64,000 nucleotides of DNA from Amphiscolops sp. MND2022 (taxonomy: Eukaryota). The stretch is taken from positions 23,746,001 to 23,810,000 of the forward strand of contig OZ076410.1 in the NCBI GenBank assembly GCA_964187785.1, given 5' to 3'. Shown one piece after another: positions 38,671 to 50,329 of this stretch. Position numbers and translations under genes: made by a program. Numbering within the stretch: position 1 is the stretch's first letter; every line of letters starts with the position of its first letter. The notes below the pieces were generated by a model. The model was not told the DNA's origin, did no database searches, and saw nothing but the letters and a program-made list of their open reading frames with translations.

Positions 38671-39459
38671 TAAGCCTGTGCGATGCATCCTATTTTCATC
38701 GAAATTCGATGCAGCTCTCTGAATCGGAATCGAATCAAAAGTTCTACTTGAATAGCTTTCCATTCGATGCAAGTTGATTATATTTGTTTTTGTTATAATT
38801 GATGTTTGATTTTGATGACATATTACATTTGTTGAGATATTGCATCATTTCTTTCACATAACGGTCTAAACTTATTATAATTTTTGTCTACACGAGAGTC
38901 AAAATGAGATCGTTTGATTTTGAAAAAAACTTGAAAGTGACAACACAACATTAATTGTTGAAACGACTGAACAAACAGAATCTACGTCATCTGCTCAAAC
39001 CATTTGGGGACCAGTGGACAACGCTGTGAATCAAAGGGCAATCAGATTTACTGATCGTCAAGAAAACGAAGAATATATTTTTCGCAATGAGACCGATTGT
39101 TTCTTCTCGGAATCCTGTGAAGGAAGAAAATCAAATCCTCTGGATTAATGACCAAAGAACAAAAAAGTATCCAAAGTTGGCAGAAGTTGCCAGAGTTTTG
39201 CTGTGCATACCTGCTGCGTCTCTCGAGAGTGAACGTGTTTGGTCAATTGCTGGAAACATTCTGACAACGGATGCCCAAACAATTTGCGGATGCTACTGTA
39301 TTTGAAAGAAAATTTGTAAAATATGCATCGAAAATTTTTCAATTGTAAATTTTTCCATTGAAATTTCTTTTTTTGCATCGAATCGAGAACCGATTAGAAC
39401 CAGATTAGAATCAAATCGAATCAAATTGCTTTTCAGATTCGATGAATCGCACAGTCTTA
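38671..39459 (+). mobile_element. Internally deleted hAT transposon retaining the dimerisation domain
   Basis: Perfect 8-bp TSD AACCCGAC; TIRs TAAG(C/A)CTGTGCGAT(G/T)CATC. ORF 39087-39305 reads KYPKLAEVARVLLCIPAASLESERVWSIAG. Confidence 0.92.
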
Positions 39460-40787
39460 AACCCGACAAAACCAATTGAGATAGGGCCGGAATACAAATT
39501 ACTGCAAAAAAGTAGTAAGATCCAAAAATATTTAGTTTTTTATACTTTTTAACCACTTTTGAACAAGTTCTTGAAAGTAAGATGCTGGAACATTCAAGGC
39601 CAGAAAATACTGGTTGGATAGTGAATTTATATATCATCAATTACAATTTCAAACTAAAGTGTTTTTTAGCTCACCGCATCAGGTATCAAACGTTTAACCT
39701 CCTTATCTTGTGATATGGTCCGGAATGTTTTCTTCAAAATCTTCTACATGATACTTTTTAGTTAAACTTGCAACTTCGATGGGAATCTTGGGATGTTTGA
39801 GGCATCGGAAATATCTCCATATCTTCCCATTTCCTGTAATTGTCGCTTTCATCATCTGCGAGTTCATATTTTCCAGCAACTTCTTCGTTCCACAGCCAGC
39901 ATGGAAGAACATCTCTGCGACATGCAACTTGCGGTCAACATCAGCCCAACCCCTAAAACTCCAAAAACAGCGGGAAGTAGCTACGGTATCGATAGAGGAA
40001 CCAGTTATGTCAGCAGATGAGTGCTTAGTTTTGAGGTCAAAAAAGTACGATCTGTCTCGGGCTATTTTTTCCGCTGCCAAATTACGCACCAGGTGAGGTT
40101 CGGGTATTTATTAGTGATTTCCAAACTATTCAAAAAATAGAGCACTACTGAATTAGGAGTCATTAGATTGGAAGACTTATAATTACGTTGCTGCATCTAT
40201 GTATTATCAGTTACGCTATAGTGAACATTGAGAAAAAAATCAGGATAGAATATATATCAAACTATTAAAAAATCTTGTCATTATAGCAATTTTGCATCTT
40301 TTCTGAGGTGTGAACGTTTTTTTCCCGTCATTTTTGACATTAATATAAAGGTATTTGAATCGCATTTTTTGGTTTCAGAAAACTTCACAACATAGACAAC
40401 ATTTCTCAATTCTACCAGACCCCCAAATCAATTATTGAAGTCATCAACAAGATTTCACGGGTTCTCAGTTTCCACCCACTTCCAAGAATGTTTCGGAACT
40501 CCAGTTGTGTAGTTGTAGGGTCCAGCGGAATCCTTTTACAATACCCTGGGTTGGGCAAAACCATCGACAAATATGACCACGTCATCAGAATGAATTTCGC
40601 GCCCACCTCGAAGTTTGAAAAATTTGTGGGGTCGAAGACATCACTGCATCTTGCGTATCTGCATTCATGTTTGCATGCATTAAGAGACCATCGAGATGTG
40701 ACGAAAAGTCATATTCTATTTGGTGGTAAGAAATCAATCAACTTAGTATTGCGAACAGTCCGCTAAAAACGTGCTTAGAAAAGATAT

Positions 40788-43700
40788 GCGGAAAACTCGT
40801 CGAAAACAACTCGCCGAATTCAACTCGTCGAAAGCAACTCGTCGAAAGCAACTCGTCGAAAGCAACGCGTCGAAAGCAACTCGTCGAAACTAAAGAGCGG
40901 AAAACTGGTCAAAAATTAACTCGTCGAACAATAATTCAGTGCAAACTCGTCGAATAAAAATTCAGTGTAAACTCGTCGAATGATTACAGATTGTTCTATT
41001 CTGAGACTAATATAAGATGTGTAAGAAAACGAGTTAAAATAAAGTTTCTATTCTCAATCTTCTTTGTATTGTGTTCTCTATCAAAACGATATACAAAATG
41101 AGTATAGAGTAATGTAATCTAGTTAGAGTTTGTTTGTAAACAACTCTTAGGTACATCAGACATTTTTGAGCAGTAGTTTGTAACCGAAACTCGGTAGAGG
41201 TCATTCGGATGAACCGTATAACATTTCCCCCTCTCTCCTTTTCTCGGGTTCTTTCCAATCGTCAAAGATGGTTTTTGATTGCAGAGGTTGATGGTCGGGT
41301 TGGTGTCGTTTCCAGATCCGGTGGTAGGAAGACTGCCAGCTTTTGGATTGTTTCCGGTTGTGGCGTTCCTTTGTTCCTGGTCCAGAGGTTTCCTGCAATA
41401 CATAAAAATTACTTTTCTATATATCCTCAAAAATTTCCTGTGTATAATAAACCACCGTATCTATTCGGTTTGTTTGTTTTTCGGTTTGAACGCCGTATTT
41501 TATGATCTAAATTCTCACCAGAAATCTCATCTTCGGTGTGGATTTGAATTGCATCTTCCTCCGGATTTGTTTGGATCGGGACATAACTTCCGTTTCGTTC
41601 GGATGTGTCAAATGTGATGCCTCCGGTCACTTCCCGCATCTCTTCATCATCATCATCGTAGTCTTCGTCTTCCGTCTCACTGTCAGATTTTTTTTCTATT
41701 TCGTACTATCTTCAATTCGCCATTTAATATGTCCCGCAGGATCTCGTCCCAGTGGCCAGATTTTCCGTCTAATCCTCGGAGGCAGTGTCTATTCTTCGGT
41801 TGAATTTCACCGCTGGTCCTTGGTGTTGGTTCTCGTCTTGTCTTTCTTTCGGTTTGGAATAGTGGGCCCGAAATAAATTTTCGGCTAAAAATTTTTCCGG
41901 TATCCGTTTTCACGGTAGTTTCGGTTCCGCTTATTGCGGTTTGTATTTTCTGAAATTTTCCTTCTAAAGATTTTTTGTTATGATTTTTGTCTCGAAATAT
42001 AAAAGGATAGCTAACCGAATTTTTCTTTTTCAGTGACTTCGGTCCCTCAGCTAGGTTTTTCTCTTCTGTTTTGTTCCGTGCCATAATGATATGGTTTGTT
42101 ATTTCACCATCTCCGTCTCGACCCACGTAGATGGGGATCTTCGGTCTTATTGGTGCTGAAATAGATATATCTGACCAATCAGATAGAAAGGTTTTACCGT
42201 CTTTAACAGTTTTTGTTATTTCGGTTCTCGGCTTTCTTCCGTGATGTAATTCGAATGGTGTTTTCTTGAGTCCCGTATGTACGGTGAATCGCATAATTCG
42301 GAGTGCTCGATTTACACTTTAGGTAAGGTTTTGACCGTCTTCTATATTTGTTAATACTAATTTTTTTAACGTTTGTATTGCTCGTTCTACCGCTCCGTTT
42401 CCCGTATGTATTCGGGGTGTGCAGTATTCAATTTCTATGTTTCGGTTTTTGCAAAATTCTTGGTATTCTTTTGAGATAAAAGCACCTCCTTTATCCGATT
42501 TTATTTTCTCCGGTATTCCGTATAAATTAAAATTACTTGTTAAAAATTGTATCACTTCTTCTGTTTCGGCGGTTTTGCAAATTTTTACGGTTGGCCACTT
42601 ACTAAACCTGTCTACCGCAATTAGTATTTGTACGTCTCCGTGTATTTTTTGGTTATGCAATTTTCTCGTGAAATCAATTTGTTTTTCTTGTCCCAGTTCG
42701 GTTAGTTTTTCTAAATTTCCGTAGTGTTTACTCGGTAATTGATATTCAAGATTTTTACCTGAGGCAAGACATGCGGTACAGTCTTTCACTTTCATTTCAA
42801 TGTCGGACTTCTTTGTTGGCCACCAGAATATTTTTGCCTCTGTTTCCATTTTGTCATGCCGGCGTGACCGAAGTGGAGAATATCCAGAAGTCTTCTTCGG
42901 AGATCGATCGGCACCACTATTTGATCATCCACGAATACAAGCCCCCATCTAATTGATAGTTTGTCGAAGACCGATTTGTATCCATCCGGAGTAATTTCGC
43001 GGTCTTCTCGTCTCATGCTATTCCGTACGTGATTGAGTTCAGGGTCTGTCGCGGTTTTCGAGATGAAGGTTTTCAAGTCCATCATGAACTCGATTTCAGA
43101 TTTTTTAATGTTTTCCTCCGTGATCTTTTTGTTCGATGTCAGCTTCCCCACTATGTGATTGATCTGGATGTATTTTGCCTCCTTTCAGTCAGTATTGTAC
43201 TTGCTTAGATCAACTATCGGCAGGTTGTCTCCGCCTAGTATTATACTATCTTCTTCGGTATCTTCCGGTTCTTGATTTATTTCGCCCTCTTCCGTATTTT
43301 CTTCCGGTTCTTCCTGTATTGGTTGGTATCCTCCCCCCAATCTGTTCGCGCGTCTCATGATCTCCGCGTCAATTTCCGCGATTTCTTCGCGGCTCCTTTT
43401 GTTAGGGCGGGAGGGTGCGAATACGGTTCGTTGTGTTTGATGGTCGTACCGGCGTCTCAGGGTTCCTGGCCGGGATAGTGCGCTTCGCTGCTCTATCAAT
43501 CTCGGGTTTCCGGACTATTGTTACGGCGTCGATGTCCATGATTTCACGGGTAGCTCCCCAGTGGTAAAAGTTTTCTCGGTCCATTTTTTCTGGATTCTGT
43601 TGTAACAAAATGTGACTTGAATTTGAAATGCTAATATCGGACTGCCCGGATGTAGTTATTTTGTTGAGTTCAATTTCGTTCACGCTGTTTATGTTCTCGA

Positions 43701-46700
43701 ATGTTCTATTCGTTTGTGATTGGTTTTCGTTGCGTTCGTCTTTTGTTTCGGTTGCGTCACCGCATATTTCGATTTTGTTTTTGTCGTGTTTTGATTGGTC
43801 GGCGAAAAGTCTTCCGTGTTTCAGAATCAATTTGGCGTGCTCGGTTAATATATTAATTACGTATTCTTCTTCGTAATTTTCTTCCGGTGTTGCTCCCCCT
43901 ACCGGATTTCTACTGAGATAATTGGTAAAATTCAGGTTGCTGCCTGCAATATGTTGTATTTAAATATCGAAATGTGTTAATCGGTCTAACCACCGTGTTA
44001 ATCTCGCGTTGTATTGGTTATTACATAGGTTTCGTTTGATTAATGGTTCTAGTGCTTGATGATCCGTATATAGGTATACCTTCTTTCCGCATAGATAAAA
44101 TCGGAATTTTTCTAATCCCCATACTACAGCTAATAATTCCAATTCGCCGATTGAATATTTTTTTCCGGTTTCATTCAAATATCTGCTACCGTATGCTATC
44201 GGTTTTGTGTTTCCGTCATCTTGTTTTTGCCAGAGTGTTATTCCGAGTCCGGTGGTGCTTGCGTCTGTTGTTCCTATGTTATTTTTGTCTTTCGCATAAT
44301 GGGCCAGACATGGTCCTTCGGTTAACATTTGTTTTTTTTTCAAAATCTTTTTGTTGTTCTTCTCCCCAGTTGCATGGTTCATTTTTCTTTAGAAGCTTTC
44401 TCAGTCGGTCTGTTTGTTCCGAAAGTTTTGGTAGGAATTTTGCCATATATTGTAATGCTCCGAGAAATGATTTTAGTTCTTTTGTGTTTTTCGGTTCGTT
44501 TAGTTTCAATATCGCTTCAATTTTTTCTTCATTTGGTTTGATCCTGTTTTCGTCTATTTCGTGTCCCAACTATTTTGTTCGGTTCATGAAGAATTCGGAA
44601 TTTCTTTTACTCGCACTGTATCCGGCTGTTTCTACTAGTTTATTTAGAATGTCGAATAATTTCTTTTCGTGGTCCTGTTTACTTCCTCGAGTTACCACGA
44701 TTATGTCGTCTAGCCAAGCCGGTGTACAGTATTCAAGTGTTCGGTCAATCTTTTCTTGAAATATCGTGGAGATATCGGCAAGTCCGTAAAATCCTTTTTA
44801 AATCGGTAGCATCCGCTGAAATTTCCTCCGGTTAGTGCGAATACGCATTGTCGGCTCGTTTCGTCCGATAATTTCATTTGTCTGTATGCGTAGTGTAGGT
44901 CAATTTTTGAGAAGAATAATTTTGCTATACGGTCACGGGTAATTTCAACCGAAATCTGGTTTAGTAGTTCCTCCATGTTCGGCATGTGTGGTCTCATCTT
45001 GATACAGCTGTCGTTTAATTGTCGTGAGTCCAATGCTATCTTTACCGACTTGTCGTTTTTTACGGTTATTACCATCGGAGAAACGAAACAATCTTCGTCT
45101 ACGTTATTTACTTTTTCCAAGTGTCCGGATTTTATTAATCTCTCCAATTCTCTTTCTACATCTTTCTGTAGATGTAGTGGTACCGGTTTAGCTTTCTGTT
45201 TTATCGGTTGGTGTCCCGGTTTTACTTGAATTTTTATTTCGGTATCTCTTATTGTTTCATTGTTTTCGAATAGGTCGGGGATTTTTGTGAATACTTTCTC
45301 GCGTTCTGATTGATTGTTTTCTATCAATTGTAATCTTCCGATTGTTAGTTTGAATTTCTTCATCCAGTCCATTCCAAGTAATGGTGTTATGTTTGTTCTT
45401 TCGATAATCAAAATTTCCATTTTTTGTTTGTTGTTCTCGTATTCTATGTTCACCGGGACTTTCCCCGGAACTTCACTTCATTCTTGTTCACGTTTTGATA
45501 TGGCATTATTGAGACAGGTGATCCGGTATCGATTATGAATTCCTTCTTTATTCCGTTAATTTGTACTGTTGCTGTAAAATGTTTGTTCATTTCGTTTATC
45601 TTTTTGATTTTCTTTATGGATGCATTCGTCTGAGTCGCTTGTTGATTCGTTCGGTTCGTTTGTTTCTCCTTCGGTTAGTCTTTTCACCGTTCGGTTATTG
45701 TTGAAGTTCTGTCTGCATGCTTTCGCGTAATGTCCTTTCTTTCCGCATTTGTTGCAGTTAGCTTCTAGTGCGGGACATTTATGCATTGGTGTCCAATTTG
45801 GAGCATTGCAAAATCTGCATGTTCGGTTACTGAAATTTTTATTCTTCGGTTTTATTCCGAATCTTTCCATTCTCTGAATCGGTTCTCTTTTATTATGTGT
45901 TTTTCTTTTGTTGATATCAAAGCTTCCTTTTCTTTTTTTTCTCGTATGTGTTTTGCTTTATCAGTTCGATTGTTTTCTTCAGTTCCAATGTTTTTTCTTT
46001 CATTATTTTGTCCCGTAATTTTCTATCGGTGATTGCGGTCATGTATTTTGATATCAAGAATTCTTCGGCTGATATTGCATTGAAATTACACTCTTTTTCG
46101 ATTTCGATCAGTCGTCTCCAGAATTCCTCCGGTGTCTGATCTTCGGTTTGCTTTGCCCAGAAGAAGTCGCCTCGGTTGTGGTAAGTGTTTCTTTTCGGCA
46201 TGTAGAAATCGGTAAATAACCGGATTAGGTCCTTCACTTTTATGCTATCGGGTTCCGTTTTATATTCGGCCCTAGTTATTTAGTATAATGCTTCCGGTCC
46301 CTCTCCCCATATGAAATCTTCTTGTACGGCCTGTTCTTTTCCGTTCCAATCAGCATCCGTAATGTTTTCTCATTTCAGTAATGGGGTAATATCGATTTTG
46401 TGTTCCCGTTTACAAAACTGCCGGAACCTTTCAAGCCATTGTCTCGGTGTAAACACCGGATTTCCGTCTGTTGCTTTTGTTTCTAAATTTGGGACGGTAT
46501 TTCTTTCAGTCATTGATTTCGTTTTAAAAGGATTTACTCAATTTAAAAATCGGCTGACTGCGCCATGTTCTATTCTGAGACTAATATAAGATGTGTAAGA
46601 AAACGAGTTAAAATAAAGTTTCTATTCTCAATCTTCTTTGTATTGTGTTCTCTATCAAAACGATATACAAAATGAGTATAGAGTAATGTAATCTAGTTAG

Positions 46701-47025
46701 AGTTTGTTTGTAAACAACTCTTAGGTACATCAGACATTTTTGGGCAGTAGTTTGTAACCGAAACTCGGTAGAGGTCATTCGGATGAACCGTATAACACAG
46801 ATTACTCACAGGGACTGCCCAGTGCTAATTATGGATTATGTTTCTTTGATTGATGCGTGAAAATTGCAGTTTTACGCATAATAAAGCTTTTTTTAGTTAT
46901 ATAATTGCTTGATATGTTCATCTTTTATAGTTTACAATTGTAAACTAATTAATGTAATAATTCATGATTATTTAGAACCTCATATTAGTACGATCACAAT
47001 TATATCGCTGCGACGAGTTTTCCGC
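40788..47025. mobile_element. MITE with AACTCGTCGAA tandem repeats, split by a Gypsy insertion
   Basis: TIR GCGGAAAACTCGTCG at 40788 and its inverse CGACGAGTTTTCCGC ending at 47025. Confidence 0.7.
40992..46797 (-). mobile_element. Full-length Ty3/Gypsy LTR retrotransposon (Mag-like), 5806 bp, coding region disrupted
   Basis: LTRs 40992-41223 and 46566-46797 (232 bp, 1 mismatch); TSD CAGAT; PBS TGGCGCAGTC; PPT AGAAAAGGAGAGAGGGGGAAA. Gag CCHC knuckle (CNKCGKKGHYAKAC), protease IIDTGS, RT (WLDD), RNase H (TDAS...ELELLAVVW), integrase (HFGH, AVDRFSKW, GAVERA). Confidence 0.98.
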
Positions 47026-47302
47026 CAACAAAATACCTCAACAAGAGCATACAACTGACAGATGGACTTCAAATTAATCACACACAACTTACGTACCTAA
47101 AAATGTGGGTTAGGAATTATGTAAATGAAATTAGTCTACCGAATGTAGTACATAAAAAAACGTATTCGAAATTTTTTTCTAAATTATGCAAGTCTTTTTT
47201 AATGTGAAAAGTTTGTTTTTAAAATGGGTAAACGTATGATGTTTGAAGATGAGTTGTAAATTGAGTTCATGCAATTTTTTCTCAGTAAATAAGGGATATG
47301 AA

Positions 47303-48118
47303 CCCGGGTTGACCTGACATGCAAACCATAGAATGTTTCCATATATGGAAATTAGTTGCCATACAAAAAAACCTTTTATGTTCTTGCTATGACTTTAATA
47401 TTTTCCATATATGATCATTGTATGGATTGCATGATTTCATATAACTGTATGGCCCTTTTATGGAAACCATGTTTTCAAGTATGACCCTTTCATGGAAACC
47501 ATGTTTTCAAGTATGTCCCTTTTATGGTAACTATGTTTTCAAGTATGACCCTTTCATGGAAATCATGTTTTTTGAAGTATGGTCATTCTATGGATACCAT
47601 GTTTTTGAATGTTTTTTAAGTATGGCCCTCTTATGGAAATCATGTTTTTTGAAGTATGGCACTTTGATGAAACCTGCTCTTCTGTTACTATCCTCACAAA
47701 AAAACAAGTCATATCAGGGTTCATAATTTCTTCTGAAAGTGGTCACTTTTGCTGAAAGCTCAACATAATTTGAACCCATGTATTCAAAGTATGGTTATTT
47801 CATTGAATGCATGTTTTTAAAGTATGTTTTTGAAGTTTTAAAGATGAAAAACCGAAAAAAGTCACCGTGTTAGACAGAGGAACTCTAATTTCTGCCTAAT
47901 TATTGTTGACAGTGAAAACGTGTTTAAATAGCACGTTTTTCATAGTTTGAACAAACTATGGAAACCACTCGTTCCATAAAATGACCATAGTATGGGAAAC
48001 ATGTTTCTCATAAAATGACCATAGATCTTGTTGCATGGTCATTTTATGGCTGAACTTCATAAACACCATATATGACATTTTATGATCTACATGTTTTTCG
48101 TATGGTGGTCAATTCGGG
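47303..48118. mobile_element. MITE with CCCG(G/A)(G/A)TTGACC TIRs, 2-bp TSD AA and ~34-bp internal tandem repeats
   Basis: aa|CCCGGGTTGACC ... GGTCAATTCGGG|aa; repeats of the type TATGACCCTTTCATGGAAACCATGTTTTCAAG. Confidence 0.75.
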
Positions 48119-48559
48119 AATGTTGAACTACGAAGTTCGATTCACCTTGAAATTACGGGGACCTTTACCATGCTTTTTTCAGGAATTCGACACAACGAGT
48201 TTGCCAGAGTGAAGTTAACCCTCCAATCGACCAGAAGATCAAAGTTCAAGAACATGTTGAAGAGCAACAAAGTGTCGTTTTTCTCTCTATACTCGAAAAA
48301 TTGGGTTGAAGACAATTTATGGAAAAATCAATCAAATCTTTACAGCAGGCCGACAACTGGAATCATTGGGTTAGAAATATCTTGGTTATAAAGGTGTTTC
48401 AAACTCTAACTTCAGTTTGGACAAGATATCAGGAGGGACTTGGGCAATTTTCACATATTGTTCACGTTCTTGTGGGTTATGTCTTCATTTTTACCGCCAT
48501 TTCAGTATAAGTTAGGTTGTTTCATTGAAGACAAAACTCTCATTTCCGGTCCTTCATCG

Positions 48560-49306
48560 GCAAATTAGGATCTTTTTCATAGTTTGCCTTAAAAGGCAAT
48601 TCAGTGACTCACGATATTACTAATAACGTTTGAGACTCGGATCAACGACTAGTATGTTTAAAGGTATGAAGTGTCGATGTTGAGTCGTGTGAACAACCTC
48701 AGTTTTGGACTCGCCTTAAGATCAGTGATAAATCTTTAGGAACACTTTTGGGTACGCGGTCCTGAAAGAAAGATGCTAAGCGTATAAATATGTGGTTGTT
48801 CTGAATACTGATTATTAATCTTGTTAATTGTTGAACTGTTAATTTTGCTTTCGTTTGAAATTGAAACTTGACTCAAATTTGAATCTTATCGTTTCACGAG
48901 ATGATTACGATGAGCCAGGAAAAAAAGCAACTATATTGGTAAGTGATGAGTCCATAGGGTCTTCCTTATCCGATATCCCTAGGGTGGAAAATGTCGAAAT
49001 AGACGATCAGGTGAACCATGTAGCAAGCACGTCAGAAAGTCTCACAGAAAACAAGTGAACTTGAACTACCTTAGAACTTAGAGAAACTCAAAGTTGACTT
49101 GAAAGGGGAGATTTCGACAGAAATCAAAACCTTGTTGGCTCAATCTCAGAAGATTATCATTCAGGATTGGAAAGCTAAAGGCGAGGAAACTCCAACTAGT
49201 ATTCAGGAAACACCTAATTGCTTTGCAACTAACACGTACTCTACGCCTAACAGAATAATACGCTTTGAGGATGAAGACGATTGCGAGCTTAGTGAGTCTC
49301 GTAACA
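48560..49306 (+). mobile_element. LTR-like remnant of a related Gypsy family containing a gag-like N-terminus; left edge uncertain
   Basis: TATAAATA box; coiled-coil gag-like frames (LKGEISTEIKTLLAQSQK); ends TCTCGTAACA. No TSD was found. Confidence 0.45.
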
Positions 49307-50329
49307 ACTACAAAAGTCGGCTCTAGGGCACGAGTAACATGTCTAAATGGGACACTGTCGCATCCACCAAGATGCGATGGTTCCGCAGTGCAACTGTGAG
49401 AAGGAACAAGCGATGGGACCTCTTGAACAAACATTTCTAAACTCTAAAGGACCCATTTTAGACAATGCTTTCTGATAAAGTCATGTAAATTAGTTGTTTA
49501 GTTTGTCCCTTAAATCTACTCGTGGGTTCAATTGTGGTCTTTACGGTGCTTCTTTGCTTACATAAAACCCATTCAATTATGTAGCATGTGCTAAATTCTT
49601 TCATAAGGATGACCAATCTACCATCTTACTAATCATCATGCATCATCATACTGTGTCTTGAACATCCAATATGCTGTAAGGAACATTTTTACAATGTACA
49701 ACAAACGTCATCAAGAGTAAAAAAAGTATTCAGCATATGCGGCAGTATGCGTTTTTAGATATGGTGCTTATGCGGTAATATACGTTTCTTATCATTGTCA
49801 CTATTCATCATCATGCGTTTTGATTAGAATTGGATATACGTTATCATGCAGTATATGGTATTGTGTGTATGCGGTACTATGCGGTGTTTGACCAAAATTG
49901 AAATATTTAGGTGTCATGCAGTTAAGCATCATTCAAACAGTGTTTGTGACGTCTAATATATTGTTTTGCTGTGTTTCCGAGGGTCCTTAAGCTATGCAGT
50001 CATACTCGTGTGATTATAGAAAAGCTATAAATAGGATAAAGTAATACTCACGTTATCCTATTTTTCCGATTCCTAGGACCCAATGATGTTCTAAAGAGTG
50101 CTTGTCATCCTTTTATTTTGTTGAAATAGAAAGCTGTGATAAAGACCCAATTGAAAAACAATCTTCACGAAGAGCAGTTGCTTTAATTCTACAGAACCTT
50201 GTAAACATTTCTTGATTTGTTCTATCACCCTTGGACTTGCTTTTCAATTTGAATTCTAAATGCAAACTCTTCCCCAACAAACCTGATCAGTTTTTGATTG
50301 AACAAGATGGGAAATAAGAATAATAGAAG

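Larger units (their letters stand above)
39779..48369 (+). pseudogene. Second GT29 sialyltransferase paralogue; exons 1, 2 and 4 present, exons 3 and 5 not found
   Basis: Exons 39779-40092, 40379-40725 (motif L: CVVVGSSGILL...IDKYDHVIRMNFAP) and 48183-48369 (ends RPTTGIIG), with the same intron phases as gene 1. No exon carrying the end of motif S, motif III or motif VS was seen. Confidence 0.8.

Noticed and set aside
40800-40980. Short repeat array as CRISPR
   Set aside because: No unique spacers, eukaryotic context; these are subterminal repeats of a MITE.
44043-44759. 238-aa plus-strand ORF and other antisense ORFs over the first Gypsy element
   Set aside because: Low-complexity F/S/L-rich shadows of the A-rich pol strand.
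47026-47302. Candidate exon 3 of the second sialyltransferase
   Set aside because: No AG/GT-bounded segment resembles exon 3 of gene 1.
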